The position numbers and the translations under genes were made by a program. Of a DNA stretch of 64,000 nucleotides, positions 19,758-34,516 are shown piece by piece. How positions within the stretch are numbered: the stretch's first letter is position 1; every line of letters begins with the position of its first letter. The notes beneath the pieces were generated by a model. The model was not told the origin of the DNA. It worked only from the letters and a program-made list of their open reading frames with translations, and made no database searches. The DNA is from an uncultured Gemmatimonadales bacterium (lineage in GTDB: Bacteria > Gemmatimonadota > Gemmatimonadetes > Longimicrobiales > Longimicrobiaceae): the NCBI GenBank assembly GCA_963716255.1, contig OY970303.1, positions 5,440,001 through 5,504,000 of the forward strand. The letters are read 5' to 3'.

Positions 19758-21668
19758 CTACTGCACGATCTCCAGCTCGTAGGCCACCGTGTAGCGGGCC
19801 AGTACGTGGCGGATGCGCTCGCGCAGGGATTCCGGGTCGGCGCCGTCCGGCTCCACCCGCAGCCGCACCACGGTGCCGTGTACCGGGTCGGGGCCGGCTT
19901 CGGCCGTGATCGCTCCCGCCCCCAGCGCGGCGGCCTCCTCGCGGTAGGCGTCGGCGATCTCCTGCCAGCGGAGCTGCGGCTTGAAGATCTTGCCCACGGC
20001 GGTCAGGGGGATCCGCTCCACGATCCGGACCTGCTTCGGCACGGCCGCGCGCTCGCCGATGCGGCCGGCCAGGAAGCGCAGCAGCTCGCCGGGGGACGCT
20101 TCCGCGCCGGGCCGGAGCTGCGCGTAGGCGACCGGGACCTCGCCCACGCGCGGGTCGGGGCGTCCCACCGCGGCGGCGAGCGCGACGGCGGGGTGCTCGT
20201 GCAGCGGGCCCTCGATCAGCTGCGGGTCGATGTTGTGGCCGGCCCGGATGATCAGCTCCTTGCTGCGGCCGGTGAGCCACAGGTAGCCGTCCTCGTCCAT
20301 CCGGCCCAGGTCGCCGGTGTCCAGCCAGGGCCCGCCGCCGTCCCCAGCGTCGATCCGGGCGTCCCGCGGCCCGCCGCCGCCTCGGTAGCCGGCGAACACG
20401 TTGGGGCCGCGGATCGCCACCACCCCGATCTCCCCCGGGCGGCACTCCCGAACGTACGCGCCGCTGCCGTCGAGCACGAGCGTCGCGACCTGCTGGTAGG
20501 GGAGCCGCAGCCCCACCGAGCCGACGCGCCTGTCGCCCCGCAGCGGGTTGACGCAGCTCACGCATGTCCCCTCCGTCAGGCCGTAGCCTTCCAGGATGCG
20601 GACGCCGGTGCGCCGCTCGAACTCCTCGAACACTTCGGTCGGCATGGGCGCGGCCCCGCACAGGGCGAACCGGAGCGAGCTCACGTCAGCGCCGTCGATG
20701 GGCACGTCCAGCAGCCCCGAGTAGATGGTGGGCACGCCGCTGAAGAAGCTCACCCGGTAGTGCTCCACCATCTTCCAGAAGCCCGCGAGCACGCCGGGAC
20801 CCCTGTAGCCCTGCGGCGTGGCGAGGACCACGGTGCCCCCGCGGCTCCAGGGGATCAGGCCCGTCACCAGCACGCCGTTGACGTGGAAGAGCGGGAGCCC
20901 GCAGAAGAAGACCTGGCCGGGCCGCGCGTCCAGCGCGAGCGAGGCGGACCAGGCGTCGAACACCTGGTTCACGTGCGTGTGCCGGGCCAGGCGGGGGGCG
21001 CCGGTGGTCCCGCCGGTGTGGAAGTACGCGGCCACGTCGTCCGGCCCGATGCTCCGTCCGCTCACCAGCCGGTCGCCGCGGTGCTCCGCCATGGCGGGCT
21101 GCAGGTCCAGCACGCGCACGCCGGGGATCCGCGGGGCGGGCTCCCGTTCCGCCCCCGGGACGTAGTCGGCCAGGTGGACCCGGAGGACGGTCTCCAGCGT
21201 GGGGACGCGGTCCAGGACGGACGCGACCCTGTCCCACAGGTCGGAGCCGGGGAAGGGGGCGAGCGTGGCGATGACCCGCGTTCCGGCGGCGCTCAGGATG
21301 TCGGCGATCTGCGCCGGCTCCAGCAGCGGGTTCACCGGGTTCACGATCCCCGCCGCCTCGCCGCCCCAGAGCAGGAAGTGGGTCTCGGGGAGGTTGGGGA
21401 GCACCAGGGAAACGACTTCGCCGTCGCGCACCCCCAGCTCGTGCAGCAGGTTGGCAGTGCGGTGGACCGCCTCCAGGAGCTCCCCGTAGGTGAAGTCGAC
21501 CGGGCGGTCGTACGCGGCGGCGGATGCGAAGAAGCGCAGCGCGGTCCGACCGGCGTGCTCCGACGCGGCGCGGGCGAGCATCTGGTAGGTGCTGGCGGGG
21601 AGGTCGCGCTCGGAGAGCGCGATCCGCTCGGCGGCCTCGACGTCGGCCAGGGTGGCGAACCCGGACAT
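19758..21668 (-). CDS. Acyl-CoA synthetase / AMP-binding enzyme
   Basis: 'YFHTGGTTGAPR', 'EGYGLTEG', 'TGDLG', 'GRSKELIIRAGHNIDP', 'PLTAVGKIFK'; ATG at 21668. Confidence 0.93.
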   Translation of the reverse strand: MSGFATLADVEAAERIALSERDLPASTYQMLARAASEHAGRTALRFFASAAAYDRPVDFTYGELLEAVHRTANLLHELGVRDGEVVSLVLPNLPETHFLLWGGEAAGIVNPVNPLLEPAQIADILSAAGTRVIATLAPFPGSDLWDRVASVLDRVPTLETVLRVHLADYVPGAEREPAPRIPGVRVLDLQPAMAEHRGDRLVSGRSIGPDDVAAYFHTGGTTGAPRLARHTHVNQVFDAWSASLALDARPGQVFFCGLPLFHVNGVLVTGLIPWSRGGTVVLATPQGYRGPGVLAGFWKMVEHYRVSFFSGVPTIYSGLLDVPIDGADVSSLRFALCGAAPMPTEVFEEFERRTGVRILEGYGLTEGTCVSCVNPLRGDRRVGSVGLRLPYQQVATLVLDGSGAYVRECRPGEIGVVAIRGPNVFAGYRGGGGPRDARIDAGDGGGPWLDTGDLGRMDEDGYLWLTGRSKELIIRAGHNIDPQLIEGPLHEHPAVALAAAVGRPDPRVGEVPVAYAQLRPGAEASPGELLRFLAGRIGERAAVPKQVRIVERIPLTAVGKIFKPQLRWQEIADAYREEAAALGAGAITAEAGPDPVHGTVVRLRVEPDGADPESLRERIRHVLARYTVAYELEIVQ

Positions 21669-21824
21669 GAGGGTCCTCGGCGGGGTCGGGGGAAAGGGTG
21701 AGGGCGACGCCGGAGCACCCGCCGCGCCATTCCTGTAGAGACAAAGGTCGTCGGGGATCCGGAAGCCGACAAGAGCGGCCGGAGAAGCAGAGGGATGGCC
21801 TGTTTTCCGCGACGGGTCGGAGGA

Positions 21825-21853
21825 TTGACACCGGCCCGATTCACCATTACCTT
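21825..21853 (+). promoter_or_regulatory. Sigma70-type promoter of the str operon
   Basis: TTGACA-17 nt-TACCTT upstream of rpsL. Confidence 0.75.
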
Positions 21854-21948
21854 TCCCGGTCTGTCGCCTAACTCCTGTGGGCGGCGGCGGGGGCGCGGTT
21901 CCGCTTCCGCCAGTCTTTTTTTCGTCTATCCCAGGGCGCTTACCGAGT

Positions 21949-22374
21949 ATGCCGACGATCAACCAGCTGGTCCGCAAGGGGCGCGAGACGCTCGTCAAGA
22001 AGAGCAAGTCGCCCGCCCTGCGGAACAACCCGCAGAAGCGCGGCGTCTGCACGCGCGTGTACACGACCACCCCGAAGAAGCCGAACTCGGCCCTCCGGAA
22101 GGTTGCCCGCGTCCGGCTGAACAACGGCTTCGAGGTCACGGCGTACATCCCGGGCGAGGGACACAACCTGCAGGAGCACTCGATCGTCCTGATCCGCGGC
22201 GGCCGCGTCAAGGACCTTCCGGGCGTTCGCTACCACATCATCCGCGGCACCCTGGACGCGTCGGGCGTGAACGACCGCCGTCAGAGCCGCTCCAAGTACG
22301 GAGCCAAGCGGCCCAAGCCCGGCCAGCCCGCCGGGAAGGGCGCCAAGGGCGCTCCGGCCAAGGGGAGGAAGTAA
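21949..22374 (+). CDS. rpsL: 30S ribosomal protein S12
   Basis: [10 protein letters not shown], '[11 protein letters not shown]', '[10 protein letters not shown]'. Confidence 0.99.
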   Translation: MPTINQLVRKGRETLVKKSKSPALRNNPQKRGVCTRVYTTTPKKPNSALRKVARVRLNNGFEVTAYIPGEGHNLQEHSIVLIRGGRVKDLPGVRYHIIRGTLDASGVNDRRQSRSKYGAKRPKPGQPAGKGAKGAPAKGRK

Positions 22375-22377
22375 GAG

Positions 22378-22848
22378 ATGAGCCGTCGTAATCGCGCGGT
22401 CAAGCGCCCGACTCTCCCGGACCCGATCTACGGCTCCGAGACGATCACCAAGTTCGTCAACACCCTGATGTACGATGGCAAGAAGTCCCTGGCCGAGGGG
22501 ATCTTCTACAGCGCCATGCGCATCATGGAGGAGCGCAGCGGGCAGCCGGCGGAGACCGTCTTCAAGACGGCGCTCAACAACGCCAAGCCGGTCCTCGAGG
22601 TGAAGTCCCGCCGCGTCGGCGGCGCCACCTACCAGGTCCCGGTCGAGGTCCGTCCGGAGCGTCGCCAGGCCCTCGCCATGCGCTGGCTCGTGGGCTACGC
22701 CCGCGCCCGCGGCGAGAAGACCATGGCCGACCGCCTCGCGGCGGAGCTGCTCGCCGCCAGCCGGAACGAGGGTGCGACGATCAAGAAGAAGGACGACACG
22801 CACCGCATGGCCGACGCCAACAAGGCGTTCGCCCACTATCGCTGGTAA
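22378..22848 (+). CDS. rpsG: 30S ribosomal protein S7
   Basis: '[15 protein letters not shown]', '[10 protein letters not shown]'. Confidence 0.99.
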   Translation: MSRRNRAVKRPTLPDPIYGSETITKFVNTLMYDGKKSLAEGIFYSAMRIMEERSGQPAETVFKTALNNAKPVLEVKSRRVGGATYQVPVEVRPERRQALAMRWLVGYARARGEKTMADRLAAELLAASRNEGATIKKKDDTHRMADANKAFAHYRW

Positions 22849-22949
22849 GAAGAGCTCGCAACCGAGACAACAGGCCGGGAACGCAGGCGCCCGGAGGGTG
22901 GTTCGCCGCCCTCCGACGCGCCTGCTTCCTTGCATCACCGGAATAGATC

Positions 22950-25046
<2,097 letters not shown>

Positions 25047-25170
25047 GGCGGTTCGCGGACGGCTGACACCGGGCGGTGGGAGATCCACGGAGCTCCAGCC
25101 GCCCGGGTTCGCCCGGTCGGAATCAAGACAGCCGATTTTTCACCCAATCCCGGAAAGGGGATCCAAACCA

Positions 25171-26364
<1,194 letters not shown>

Positions 26365-26458
26365 AGCCGGTTGGCGGCCGCCGCGCGCATCTTCCCGGTG
26401 CGGCGCGCGCCGCTTCTCGCGGGCTTTCAACAACCGTCAACCGAGCTTGAAGGACATA

Positions 26459-26767
26459 ATGGCTGGCAAGATCCGTATCCGGCTGAAGGGCTTCGATCAC
26501 GCGGTGATCGACCAGACCACGGCCGACATCGTCCGCACGGCGGAGAAGACCGGGGCCCGCGTCAGCGGCCCGATCCCGCTCCCCACGCGGGTCCAGCGCT
26601 GGACCGTCCTGCGGTCCCCGCACGTGGACAAGAAGAGCCGCGAGCAGTTCGAGCTGAAGACGCACAAGCGCGTCATCGACATCCTTGACTCGCGCCCGCA
26701 GACCGTCGACGCCCTCACGAAGCTGGATCTTCCGGCCGGTGTGGACGTCGAGATCAAGGTGGACTGA
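26459..26767 (+). CDS. rpsJ: 30S ribosomal protein S10
   Basis: '[11 protein letters not shown]', '[14 protein letters not shown]'. Confidence 0.99.
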   Translation: MAGKIRIRLKGFDHAVIDQTTADIVRTAEKTGARVSGPIPLPTRVQRWTVLRSPHVDKKSREQFELKTHKRVIDILDSRPQTVDALTKLDLPAGVDVEIKVD

Positions 26768-26777
26768 GGAGGACGCG

Positions 26778-27401
26778 ATGTCAGCAATCATCGGAAAGAA
26801 GCTGGGCATGACCCAGCTGTTCGACGCGACCGGCGCCGTGGTGCCGGTGACCGTCGTCGAGGCGGGCCCCTGCGCCGTGGTGCAGGTCCGCACCCAGGAG
26901 AAGAACGGCTACCAGGCCGTGCAGCTCGGCTTCGGCGCCCGCAAGGCGAACCGGGCCACCAAGGCGGAGCTCGGCCACGCCGCCAAGGCGGGGCTCGAGA
27001 GCGCTCCCCAGGTGCTTCGTGAGTTCCAGTTCGGCGGGGACGCGGCGCCGGCCGTCGGCGACAAGATCACCGTCGAGCAGTTCGAGGTGGGCGCCCGGGT
27101 CAAGGTGACCGGGACCACCAAGGGCAAGGGGTTCCAGGGCGTGATGAAGCGCCACGGCTTCGGCGGCGGTCGCGCCTCGCACGGCGCCACCCGCATCCAC
27201 CGCGCCCCGGGCTCCATCGGCGCGGGCACCAACCCGTCGCGCGTCATCAAGGGCAAGCGGATGCCCGGCCAGATGGGGAACGTGCAGCAGACCGTGCGCA
27301 ACCTCCGGGTCGCCAAGGTCGACGCCGAGCGGAACCTGATCTACATCCGCGGCGCCGTGCCCGGCCCGGTGAACGGGTTCGTCTACATCACGAAGCAGTA
27401 A
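26778..27401 (+). CDS. rplC: 50S ribosomal protein L3
   Basis: '[10 protein letters not shown]', '[14 protein letters not shown]', 'HRAPGSIG'. Confidence 0.99.
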   Translation: MSAIIGKKLGMTQLFDATGAVVPVTVVEAGPCAVVQVRTQEKNGYQAVQLGFGARKANRATKAELGHAAKAGLESAPQVLREFQFGGDAAPAVGDKITVEQFEVGARVKVTGTTKGKGFQGVMKRHGFGGGRASHGATRIHRAPGSIGAGTNPSRVIKGKRMPGQMGNVQQTVRNLRVAKVDAERNLIYIRGAVPGPVNGFVYITKQ

Positions 27402-27410
27402 GGGGGAGAG

Positions 27411-28058
27411 ATGCTAAGCGCACGCTACTTCAGCGCGGCCGGCGAGCAGGGCGACGCCGTGCAGCTCCCCCAGGAGCTGTTCGACGGAGTCGTCAACGAC
27501 GCCGTGCTGCACCAGGTGATCAAGGCGCACCTGGCCAACAAGCGGCAGGGGAACGCCGCGACCAAGACCCGCGCGATGGTGTCCGGCGGGAACAGCAAGG
27601 TGTGGCGGCAGAAGGGGACCGGGCGCGCGCGCCAGGGCTCCATCCGCGCCCCGCACTGGCGCGGCGGCGGGATCGTCTTCGGACCCCACCCGCGCTCGTA
27701 CCACCAGGACATCCCGCGCAAGGTCAAGGCGCTCGCCCGCCGCTCCGCGTTCAACACGCGGGCCCTGGCCGAGCAGATCACCGTCCTCGAGCGGTTCGAC
27801 CTGGACGCTCCCAAGACCCGCGTCGTCGCCGAGCTGCTCGGTAAGATCGGCGTGGCCGACAAGAAGGTCCTCGTCCTCACCGACGGGATCAACAACCCGC
27901 TGTTCCTCTCGGTGCGGAACCTCCAGAACGTGCGCGTGAAGCCGTTTCGCGAGGCCTCGGCGTACGACGTGATGACCGCCAGCCAGCTGGTGATCGAGTC
28001 CGCCGCCCTGCAGTCCGTGGGTGCCGGCGCCGAGAAGGAGGAAACCGTCAATGCGTAG
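27411..28058 (+). CDS. rplD: 50S ribosomal protein L4
   Basis: '[22 protein letters not shown]'. Confidence 0.99.
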   Translation: MLSARYFSAAGEQGDAVQLPQELFDGVVNDAVLHQVIKAHLANKRQGNAATKTRAMVSGGNSKVWRQKGTGRARQGSIRAPHWRGGGIVFGPHPRSYHQDIPRKVKALARRSAFNTRALAEQITVLERFDLDAPKTRVVAELLGKIGVADKKVLVLTDGINNPLFLSVRNLQNVRVKPFREASAYDVMTASQLVIESAALQSVGAGAEKEETVNA

Positions 28059-28341
28059 CATCCACGACGTGATCGTGCGCCCGCTGCTCACCGAGAAGTC
28101 GACGCAGCAGCTCGACGCGCAGAACGCCTACACGTTCGTCGTCGACAAGACGGCGAACAAGATCGAGATCGCCTACGCGGTCGAGAAGCAGTTCGGCGTC
28201 AAGGTGAAGGCCGTCCGCACCATGCGCTACGCCGGGAAGGACCGCCGCGTCGGCAAGTACGTCGGCCGCCGCGCCTCCTGGAAGAAGGCTGTCGTCACCC
28301 TTCAGGATGGCGACACCATCGAGATCTTTGAGGGAGTCTGA
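28051..28341 (+). CDS. rplW: 50S ribosomal protein L23
   Basis: 'PLLTEKS', 'WKKAVVTL'. Confidence 0.98.
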   Translation: MRSIHDVIVRPLLTEKSTQQLDAQNAYTFVVDKTANKIEIAYAVEKQFGVKVKAVRTMRYAGKDRRVGKYVGRRASWKKAVVTLQDGDTIEIFEGV

Positions 28342-28343
28342 CG

Positions 28344-29186
28344 ATGCCGACCAAGCAATTCAAGCCGGTCACCGCCGGGACTCGCTTCCGCTCGATCAGT
28401 GACTTCGCCGAGGTCACGCACAAAGGCCGGCCGGAGAAGGCGCTGACCGAGTCCATCAGCAAGTCGGGCGGCCGCAACCACCACGGGCACGTGACCTCGC
28501 GCCGCCGCGGCGGCGGGCACAAGCGCCTGTACCGGATCGTGGACTTCAAGCGCAACAAGCACGGCGTCAAGGCCCGCGTGGAGCGCATCGAGTACGATCC
28601 CAACCGCACGGCGAACCTCGCCCTGCTGGTGTACGAGGACGGCGAGCGCCGCTACATCATCCACCCCCGCAACCTCGCGGTGGGTGACGTGATCGAGTCC
28701 GGGCCGGGCTCCGACATCAAGATCGGCAACTCGCTCCCGCTGGCGGAGATCCCCCTGGGGACCACCGTCCACAACGTGGAGATCCGTCCGGGCAAGGGCG
28801 CCCAGATGGCCCGCTCCGCGGGCTCCGGGGTGCAGATCGTGGCCAAGGAGGGCGAGTACGTTACCCTTCGCATGCCCTCCACCGAGGTCCGCCAGGTCCG
28901 CCGCGAGTGCGTCGCGACCGTCGGCCAGGTGGGGAACGTGGACCACGAGAAGCAGTCCATCGGCAAGGCGGGCGCGAACCGCTGGCGCGGCAAGCGTCCC
29001 AAGGTCCGCGGCGTGGCGATGAACCCCGTCGACCACCCGATGGGCGGCGGCGAGGGCAAGACCTCGGGCGGGCGTCCGCCGGTGACGCCGTGGGGCAAGA
29101 AGGAGGGCGTCAAGACCCGCAAGAACAAGAAGGCTTCCAACAAGTTCATCGTGCGCGGGCGCAAGCGCGGCCGGGCGACGAAGTAA
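28344..29186 (+). CDS. rplB: 50S ribosomal protein L2
   Basis: 'IEYDPNR', '[17 protein letters not shown]'. Confidence 0.99.
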   Translation: MPTKQFKPVTAGTRFRSISDFAEVTHKGRPEKALTESISKSGGRNHHGHVTSRRRGGGHKRLYRIVDFKRNKHGVKARVERIEYDPNRTANLALLVYEDGERRYIIHPRNLAVGDVIESGPGSDIKIGNSLPLAEIPLGTTVHNVEIRPGKGAQMARSAGSGVQIVAKEGEYVTLRMPSTEVRQVRRECVATVGQVGNVDHEKQSIGKAGANRWRGKRPKVRGVAMNPVDHPMGGGEGKTSGGRPPVTPWGKKEGVKTRKNKKASNKFIVRGRKRGRATK

Positions 29187-29418
29187 CGGGACGCGCCCTT
29201 CGGGGCGCTGCTCGGGAGGCTGGCGAACGGCGGTCCGTCCACTCCGCTCCGGTGGGGTGGACGGATTGCTGGTTGTATGTTAGGTTTACTGGCTATGCCG
29301 CGAACGCGCGTTCGCGGCATGTCGCGTCCACCACTGGACAGGCCCGGTCCCGGGCCCGCATGTGGACCTTGTTTCCCGCATGGTGCGGGGGACGAAGCTA
29401 AGAGCGAGAGCAGATCAC

Positions 29419-29706
29419 ATGCCGAGAAGTCTGAAGAAGGGGCCCTTCGTAGAAGAGAGCCTCCTCAAGAAGGTCCGGCTGATGAACGATCGGGGCGAGA
29501 AGCGCGTGATCAAGACCTGGTCGCGCAGCTCCACCATCACCCCCGAGTTCATCGGCCACACCCTCGCGGTGCACAACGGGAACAAGTTCATCCCCGTGTA
29601 CCTCACGGAGAACATGGTCGGGCACAAGCTCGGCGAGTTCGCTCCTACCCGTATGTTCCGCGGGCACGGCGGCAAGCTCGCCGACAAGCGCGCCAAGGCG
29701 CGGTAG
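29419..29706 (+). CDS. rpsS: 30S ribosomal protein S19
   Basis: [10 protein letters not shown], '[13 protein letters not shown]'. Confidence 0.99.
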   Translation: MPRSLKKGPFVEESLLKKVRLMNDRGEKRVIKTWSRSSTITPEFIGHTLAVHNGNKFIPVYLTENMVGHKLGEFAPTRMFRGHGGKLADKRAKAR

Positions 29707-29734
29707 CCCACACGAGCGAACAGGAGACATAGAA

Positions 29735-30085
29735 ATGCAAGCTCGTGCCATGGCCAAGAACGTCGGGATGTCGCCACGCAAGATGCGGATGGTCATCGAC
29801 CTGATCCGCGGGCGGGGCGTCAACGAGGCCTACTCCATCCTGAAGTTCTCGAAGAAGGCGGCCACCACCCCCATCGAGAAGGCGCTCCGCTCCGCCGTCG
29901 CCAATGCGCAGCAGAAGGCGGACAAGCAGGGTACCTTCCTCGACGTGGACGACCTGGTCGTCCGTGAGGCGTTCGTCAACGAGGGCCCGACGATGAAGCG
30001 GTTCTCTCCGCGCGCCATGGGCCGCGCGACGCCGATCATGAAGCGGTCCAGCCACATCACCATCATCGTCGACGAGAAGGAGTAA
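29735..30085 (+). CDS. rplV: 50S ribosomal protein L22
   Basis: 'SPRKMR', 'PRAMGRA', 'SHITI'. Confidence 0.98.
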   Translation: MQARAMAKNVGMSPRKMRMVIDLIRGRGVNEAYSILKFSKKAATTPIEKALRSAVANAQQKADKQGTFLDVDDLVVREAFVNEGPTMKRFSPRAMGRATPIMKRSSHITIIVDEKE

Positions 30086-30088
30086 CCC

Positions 30089-30751
30089 GTGGGACAGAAG
30101 ACCCATCCGAGAGGGTTCCGGCTCGGGATCGTCGCCCCGTGGAAGTCCCGCTGGTACGCCGAGCGCGACTTTCCCCGGCTCCTCGCCGAGGACGAGACGA
30201 TCCGCAAGTACCTGAACCAGCGCCTGGGGCACGCGTCGATCTCCGAGGTCGAGATCGAGCGGAAGCCCGGGAAGGTCATCGTCACCGTGCACACCGCCCG
30301 TCCGGGCGTGGTGATCGGCAAGGGCGGCTCCGAGGTCGACAAGCTGCGTGACGAGCTGGGCCGGCTCACCAAGGTGACCGAGGTCGCGATCAACGTCGAG
30401 GAGGTGAAGCGTCCCGAGGTGGATGCGCAGCTCGTCGCCGACAGCATCGCCCACCAGCTGGTGCAGCGCGTGTCCTTCCGCCGCGCCATGAAGCGCGCCG
30501 TGCAGAACGCGATGCGCGCCGGCGCCGAAGGGATCAAGATCCAGGTCGGCGGCCGCCTGAACGGCGCGGAGATCGCGCGCTCCGAGGGCTACAAGGAGGG
30601 GCGGATCCCCCTCCAGACGCTCCGCGCGGACATCGACTACGCGCAGTCCACCGCGCGCACCACGTACGGGACCATCGGCGTCAAGGTGTGGGTGTTCAAG
30701 GGCGAGGTGGTGGAGAACCGCCGCGGCCGCACCTACTCCAGCGACGCCTGA
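30089..30751 (+). CDS. rpsC: 30S ribosomal protein S3
   Basis: MGQKTHP, '[10 protein letters not shown]', '[11 protein letters not shown]'. Confidence 0.99.
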   Translation: MGQKTHPRGFRLGIVAPWKSRWYAERDFPRLLAEDETIRKYLNQRLGHASISEVEIERKPGKVIVTVHTARPGVVIGKGGSEVDKLRDELGRLTKVTEVAINVEEVKRPEVDAQLVADSIAHQLVQRVSFRRAMKRAVQNAMRAGAEGIKIQVGGRLNGAEIARSEGYKEGRIPLQTLRADIDYAQSTARTTYGTIGVKVWVFKGEVVENRRGRTYSSDA

Positions 30752-30763
30752 GGAGGATAGAAG

Positions 30764-31216
30764 ATGCTTGCCCCCAAGCGAGTAAAATATCGTAAGCAGA
30801 TGAAGGGCCGGATGAAGGGGAAGGCGACCCGGGGCAACTACGTTGCCTTCGGCGACTTCGGCCTTCAGGCGATGGAGCCCGGCTGGGTGACCAACCGCTC
30901 CATCGAGGCGGCCCGTATCGCCATGACCCGCCACATCAAGCGTGGCGGCAAGGTCTGGATCCGGATCTTCCCCGACAAGTCCCTGACCAAGAAGCCCCTC
31001 GAGGTGCGCATGGGCAAGGGCAAGGGCAACCCGGAGTTCTGGGTTGCCGTGGTGAAGCCGGGCCGGATCATGTTCGAGCTCGAGCACAGCAACCACGAGA
31101 TGGCGCGCCGGGCCCTGGAGCTCGCCGCCGCCAAGCTCCCGGTGAAGTGCAAGATTGTGGAGCGGGAGAAGCCGGCCGCCGTGGCCGCAGCCAACGCCGA
31201 AGGAGGTGCCGAATGA
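30764..31216 (+). CDS. rplP: 50S ribosomal protein L16
   Basis: '[12 protein letters not shown]', 'RMGKGKG'. Confidence 0.99.
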   Translation: MLAPKRVKYRKQMKGRMKGKATRGNYVAFGDFGLQAMEPGWVTNRSIEAARIAMTRHIKRGGKVWIRIFPDKSLTKKPLEVRMGKGKGNPEFWVAVVKPGRIMFELEHSNHEMARRALELAAAKLPVKCKIVEREKPAAVAAANAEGGAE

Positions 31217-31443
31217 AGTCCGAGCGCAAGCGCGGCACCGACACGGAGAGCCTCCGCGGCATGACGGAGGAGGATCTCCTGGCGCGGGTCGAGCAGCTCC
31301 GTGAGGAGCAGTTCCGGCTCCGCTTCCGGGCCACCACGACCCAGCTGGAGAACCCGATGCTGGTCCGGGACATCCGGCGCGACATCGCGCGCATCAACAC
31401 CATCCTGCGCGAGCGGCAACTTTCCGGCGAGGGCGCACGCTGA
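31213..31443 (+). CDS. rpmC: 50S ribosomal protein L29
   Basis: 'FRLRF', '[11 protein letters not shown]'; synteny. Confidence 0.95.
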   Translation: MKSERKRGTDTESLRGMTEEDLLARVEQLREEQFRLRFRATTTQLENPMLVRDIRRDIARINTILRERQLSGEGAR

Positions 31444-31727
31444 TGACCGAGAACGAGAATACCCAGGGCCAGGAAGAGCGGAACCGCCGCAAGTCACGGG
31501 TGGGCACCGTCGTCTCCGACAAGATGGACAAGACGGTGGTGGTCAGCGTGGAGCGCCGCTTTTCGCACCCGCTGTACGGGAAGCAGATGACCCGCAGCAA
31601 GAAGTTCCACGCGCACGACGAGAACAACGACTACCACGTCGGCGACGTGGTGCGGATCGTCGAGACGCGTCCGCTCAGCAAGCTGAAGCGGTGGCGGGTC
31701 GCCGAGGTGATCGAGCGCGCCAGATAA
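31443..31727 (+). CDS. rpsQ: 30S ribosomal protein S17
   Basis: '[12 protein letters not shown]', 'ETRPLSK'. Confidence 0.98.
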   Translation: MTENENTQGQEERNRRKSRVGTVVSDKMDKTVVVSVERRFSHPLYGKQMTRSKKFHAHDENNDYHVGDVVRIVETRPLSKLKRWRVAEVIERAR

Positions 31728-31798
31728 CAGCCGCCGGGGGGAGGGGAGGGCAGTGCCCGCTTCTCCCCGCCAGGCGTTCCGAATCCTGAGGGGAAGAC

Positions 31799-32167
31799 AT
31801 GATCCAGCAAGAATCGATCGTCAGGATCGCGGACAACAGCGGCGCGAAGCGGGCGCTGGTGATCCGGGTTCTCGGCGGCAGCAAGCGGCGCTACGCCCGC
31901 ATCGGCGACATCGTCGTCGTCGCGATCAAGGACGCGCTCCCGGACGGGACCGTGAAGAAGGGCGACGTGGCCAAGGCCGTGGTGGTCCGCACCACCAAGG
32001 AAGTGCGCCGCAAGGACGGCTCGTACATCCGCTTCGACGAGAACGCGGCCGTCATCATCAACAACGAGGGTGAGCCCCGCGCCACCCGCATCTTCGGCCC
32101 GGTGGGCCGCGAGCTGCGCGAGCGCAAGTTCATGAAGATCGTCTCGCTTGCCCCGGAGGTGATCTGA
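31799..32167 (+). CDS. rplN: 50S ribosomal protein L14
   Basis: 'ADNSGAK', 'TRIFGPV', 'SLAPEVI'. Confidence 0.99.
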   Translation: MIQQESIVRIADNSGAKRALVIRVLGGSKRRYARIGDIVVVAIKDALPDGTVKKGDVAKAVVVRTTKEVRRKDGSYIRFDENAAVIINNEGEPRATRIFGPVGRELRERKFMKIVSLAPEVI

Positions 32168-32493
32168 TGGCCCGGCTCAAGATCCGCAAGGGCGACCGCG
32201 TCAAGGTCATCAGCGGCAACCACCGCGGCCAGGAGGGCACCGTCCTCCGCGTCGAGCCCGACAAGAACCGCGTGGTCGTGCAGGGGATCAACCTGCGCAA
32301 GCGGCACATGAAGCCGTCGCAGACCAGCCCCGAGGGCGGCATCGTCCAGTTCGAGGCGCCCATCCATGCGTCCAACGTGATGCTGGTGGACCCCTCCACG
32401 GGCGAGCCCACGCGGGTGCGCGCGCAGGTGAACGCGGACGGCAGCAAGGACCGCGTCAGCGTGCACTCGGGCAAGGTGATCCCGCGCGCCTGA
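32167..32493 (+). CDS. rplX: 50S ribosomal protein L24
   Basis: KOW 'KGDRVKVISG', 'EAPIHASNV'. Confidence 0.98.
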   Translation: MARLKIRKGDRVKVISGNHRGQEGTVLRVEPDKNRVVVQGINLRKRHMKPSQTSPEGGIVQFEAPIHASNVMLVDPSTGEPTRVRAQVNADGSKDRVSVHSGKVIPRA

Positions 32494-32594
32494 GCAGGAC
32501 GGCGGGCTCCGCCGCGGAGCCCGCTCGACATACAGCGTGACCGCCCCGCAGGGCACGACGCCGCCGCGGGATACGGAACGCAGGAGATTCCAGA

Positions 32595-33179
32595 ATGGCC
32601 AACGAGAACGGAAGCAAGCCGCGCCTGCAGCGGTATTACGAGGAGCAGGTCCGGGGACGCCTGCAGAGCGAGTTCGGCTTCAAGACCCCCATGCAGGTCC
32701 CGAAGCTGGAGAAGGTCGTGATCAACGTCGGGATGGGCGAGGCGAACAAGAACCCCAAGCTCCTCGACGGCGTGACGGCCGAGCTCGGGCTGATCACCGG
32801 GCAGAAGGCCGTGGTCACCCGCGCCAAGAAGGCGATCTCCAACTTCAGCCTGCGCGAGAACCAGCCGGTGGGTGCCTCGGTGACGCTCCGCCGCGAGCGC
32901 ATGTACGAGTTCCTCGACCGCCTGATCAACGTGGCGATGCCGCGCATCCGCGACTTCCGCGGCGTGTCCACGCGCTCGTTCGACGGGCGCGGGAACTACA
33001 CCATGGGCGTCAAGGAGCAGCTCATCTTCCCGGAGATCGAGTACGACAAGGTCGAGCGGGTCCACGGCATGGACATCACCATCGTGACGTCCACCAGCCG
33101 GGACGACGAGGCCCTGGCGCTGCTTCGCGAGATGGGGATGCCGTTCCGGGGTGCCTCTCCGGTTCTGGTCCAGGCGTAA
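32595..33179 (+). CDS. rplE: 50S ribosomal protein L5
   Basis: 'PRIRDFRG', 'FDGRGNY', 'EQLIFPEI'. Confidence 0.99.
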   Translation: MANENGSKPRLQRYYEEQVRGRLQSEFGFKTPMQVPKLEKVVINVGMGEANKNPKLLDGVTAELGLITGQKAVVTRAKKAISNFSLRENQPVGASVTLRRERMYEFLDRLINVAMPRIRDFRGVSTRSFDGRGNYTMGVKEQLIFPEIEYDKVERVHGMDITIVTSTSRDDEALALLREMGMPFRGASPVLVQA

Positions 33180-33200
33180 CTTTCAAATCGGCGAGACATC

Positions 33201-33386
33201 ATGGCACGCAAGGCCCTGATCGAGAAGGCGAACAGCAAGCCCAAGTACGGGGTGCGCGGCTACAACCGCTGCAACCGGTGCGGCCGCCCGCGGGCGTTCA
33301 TCCGCAAGTTCGGGCTGTGCCGCATCTGCTTCCGTGAGATGGCGCTCCGCGGGGAGATCCCCGGGGTGCGCAAGGCGAGCTGGTAG
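33201..33386 (+). CDS. rpsN: 30S ribosomal protein S14 type Z
   Basis: 61 aa, CNRC...CRIC zinc motif. Confidence 0.98.
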   Translation: MARKALIEKANSKPKYGVRGYNRCNRCGRPRAFIRKFGLCRICFREMALRGEIPGVRKASW

Positions 33387-33519
33387 GCAGCGAGCCCGCT
33401 CCGGCGGGTCGACAGGGCGCCGCGACGGGAGGACCCCCGGTCTTCCCGAGCGCGCCCCAATTTTCCATTCACTTCCTACGAGTCCGGCATCCCGCCGGAT
33501 ACTATAGGAGAGGAGCTTC

Positions 33520-33912
33520 ATGGTGACGGATCCGATTGCGGACATGCTCACGCGCATCCGCAACGCCAACCTCGCGCGTCATCGCCGGGTTGACATCCCG
33601 GTCTCCCGGCTGAAGATCGAGCTCGCTCGGCTTCTCAAGGAGAACCACTACGTCCACGACTACAAGCTGCTGGACGACGGCAAGCGCCAGGTGCTGCGCC
33701 TGTACCTGAAGTACTTCCAGGACAAGCCGGTCATCCGCGAGCTGCGCCGCGTCTCCAAGCCGGGGCTCCGCAAGTACGTGGGCGTCGGGGAGATCCCGCG
33801 CGTGCGCAACGGCCTGGGCATGGCCGTGCTTTCCACCTCGCGCGGCGTGATGACCGACAGCGAGGCGCGTGCCGCCAAGGTGGGTGGCGAGCTTCTCGCC
33901 ATCGTCTGGTAA
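33520..33912 (+). CDS. rpsH: 30S ribosomal protein S8
   Basis: 'DPIADMLTRIRN', 'SKPGLRKY'. Confidence 0.99.
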   Translation: MVTDPIADMLTRIRNANLARHRRVDIPVSRLKIELARLLKENHYVHDYKLLDDGKRQVLRLYLKYFQDKPVIRELRRVSKPGLRKYVGVGEIPRVRNGLGMAVLSTSRGVMTDSEARAAKVGGELLAIVW

Positions 33913-33923
33913 GGAGATCTACG

Positions 33924-34463
33924 ATGTCGCGAATCGGAAGAAGGCCCATCCCGGTCCCGGCCGGCGTGGACGTGGTCCTCGACGGGAGCAGCATCCGCGT
34001 GAAGGGCCCCAAGGGTGAGCTCGCCCGCACCCTGAACAACAAGGTCGTGGTCCGCCGCGAGGCCGACGAGATCCTGGTGGAGCGCCCGTCCGACAGCCCC
34101 GAGCACCGCTCGCTGCACGGCCTGACGCGCACCCTCGTCGCCAACATGATCGACGGGGTGACCACCGGCTTCAAGAAGACGCTGGAGATCGTGGGCGTCG
34201 GGTACCGCGCCGAGAACAAGCCCTTCGGGCTGACGCTGGCGCTGGGCTACTCGCACCCGATCGACTACAAGGCCCCGGAGGGGATCGAGCTCCGCGCCGT
34301 CAATCCGACCACGGTCGAGGTGACGGGGGCAAACAAGGAGGTCGTCGGACAGGTCGCGGCCGAGATCCGGTCGCTCCGGCCGCCCGAGCCGTACAAGGGC
34401 AAGGGCGTGAAGTACCAAGGCGAGGTGATCCGCCGCAAGGCCGGCAAGGCCGGCGGGAAGTAA
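33924..34463 (+). CDS. rplF: 50S ribosomal protein L6
   Basis: MSRIG, 'PPEPYKGKG'. Confidence 0.99.
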   Translation: MSRIGRRPIPVPAGVDVVLDGSSIRVKGPKGELARTLNNKVVVRREADEILVERPSDSPEHRSLHGLTRTLVANMIDGVTTGFKKTLEIVGVGYRAENKPFGLTLALGYSHPIDYKAPEGIELRAVNPTTVEVTGANKEVVGQVAAEIRSLRPPEPYKGKGVKYQGEVIRRKAGKAGGK

Positions 34464-34516
34464 TCCCGCCGGTTCGCGCGCGGGTCATCGTATAGTCACA
34501 CTTACGGAACCGATCG

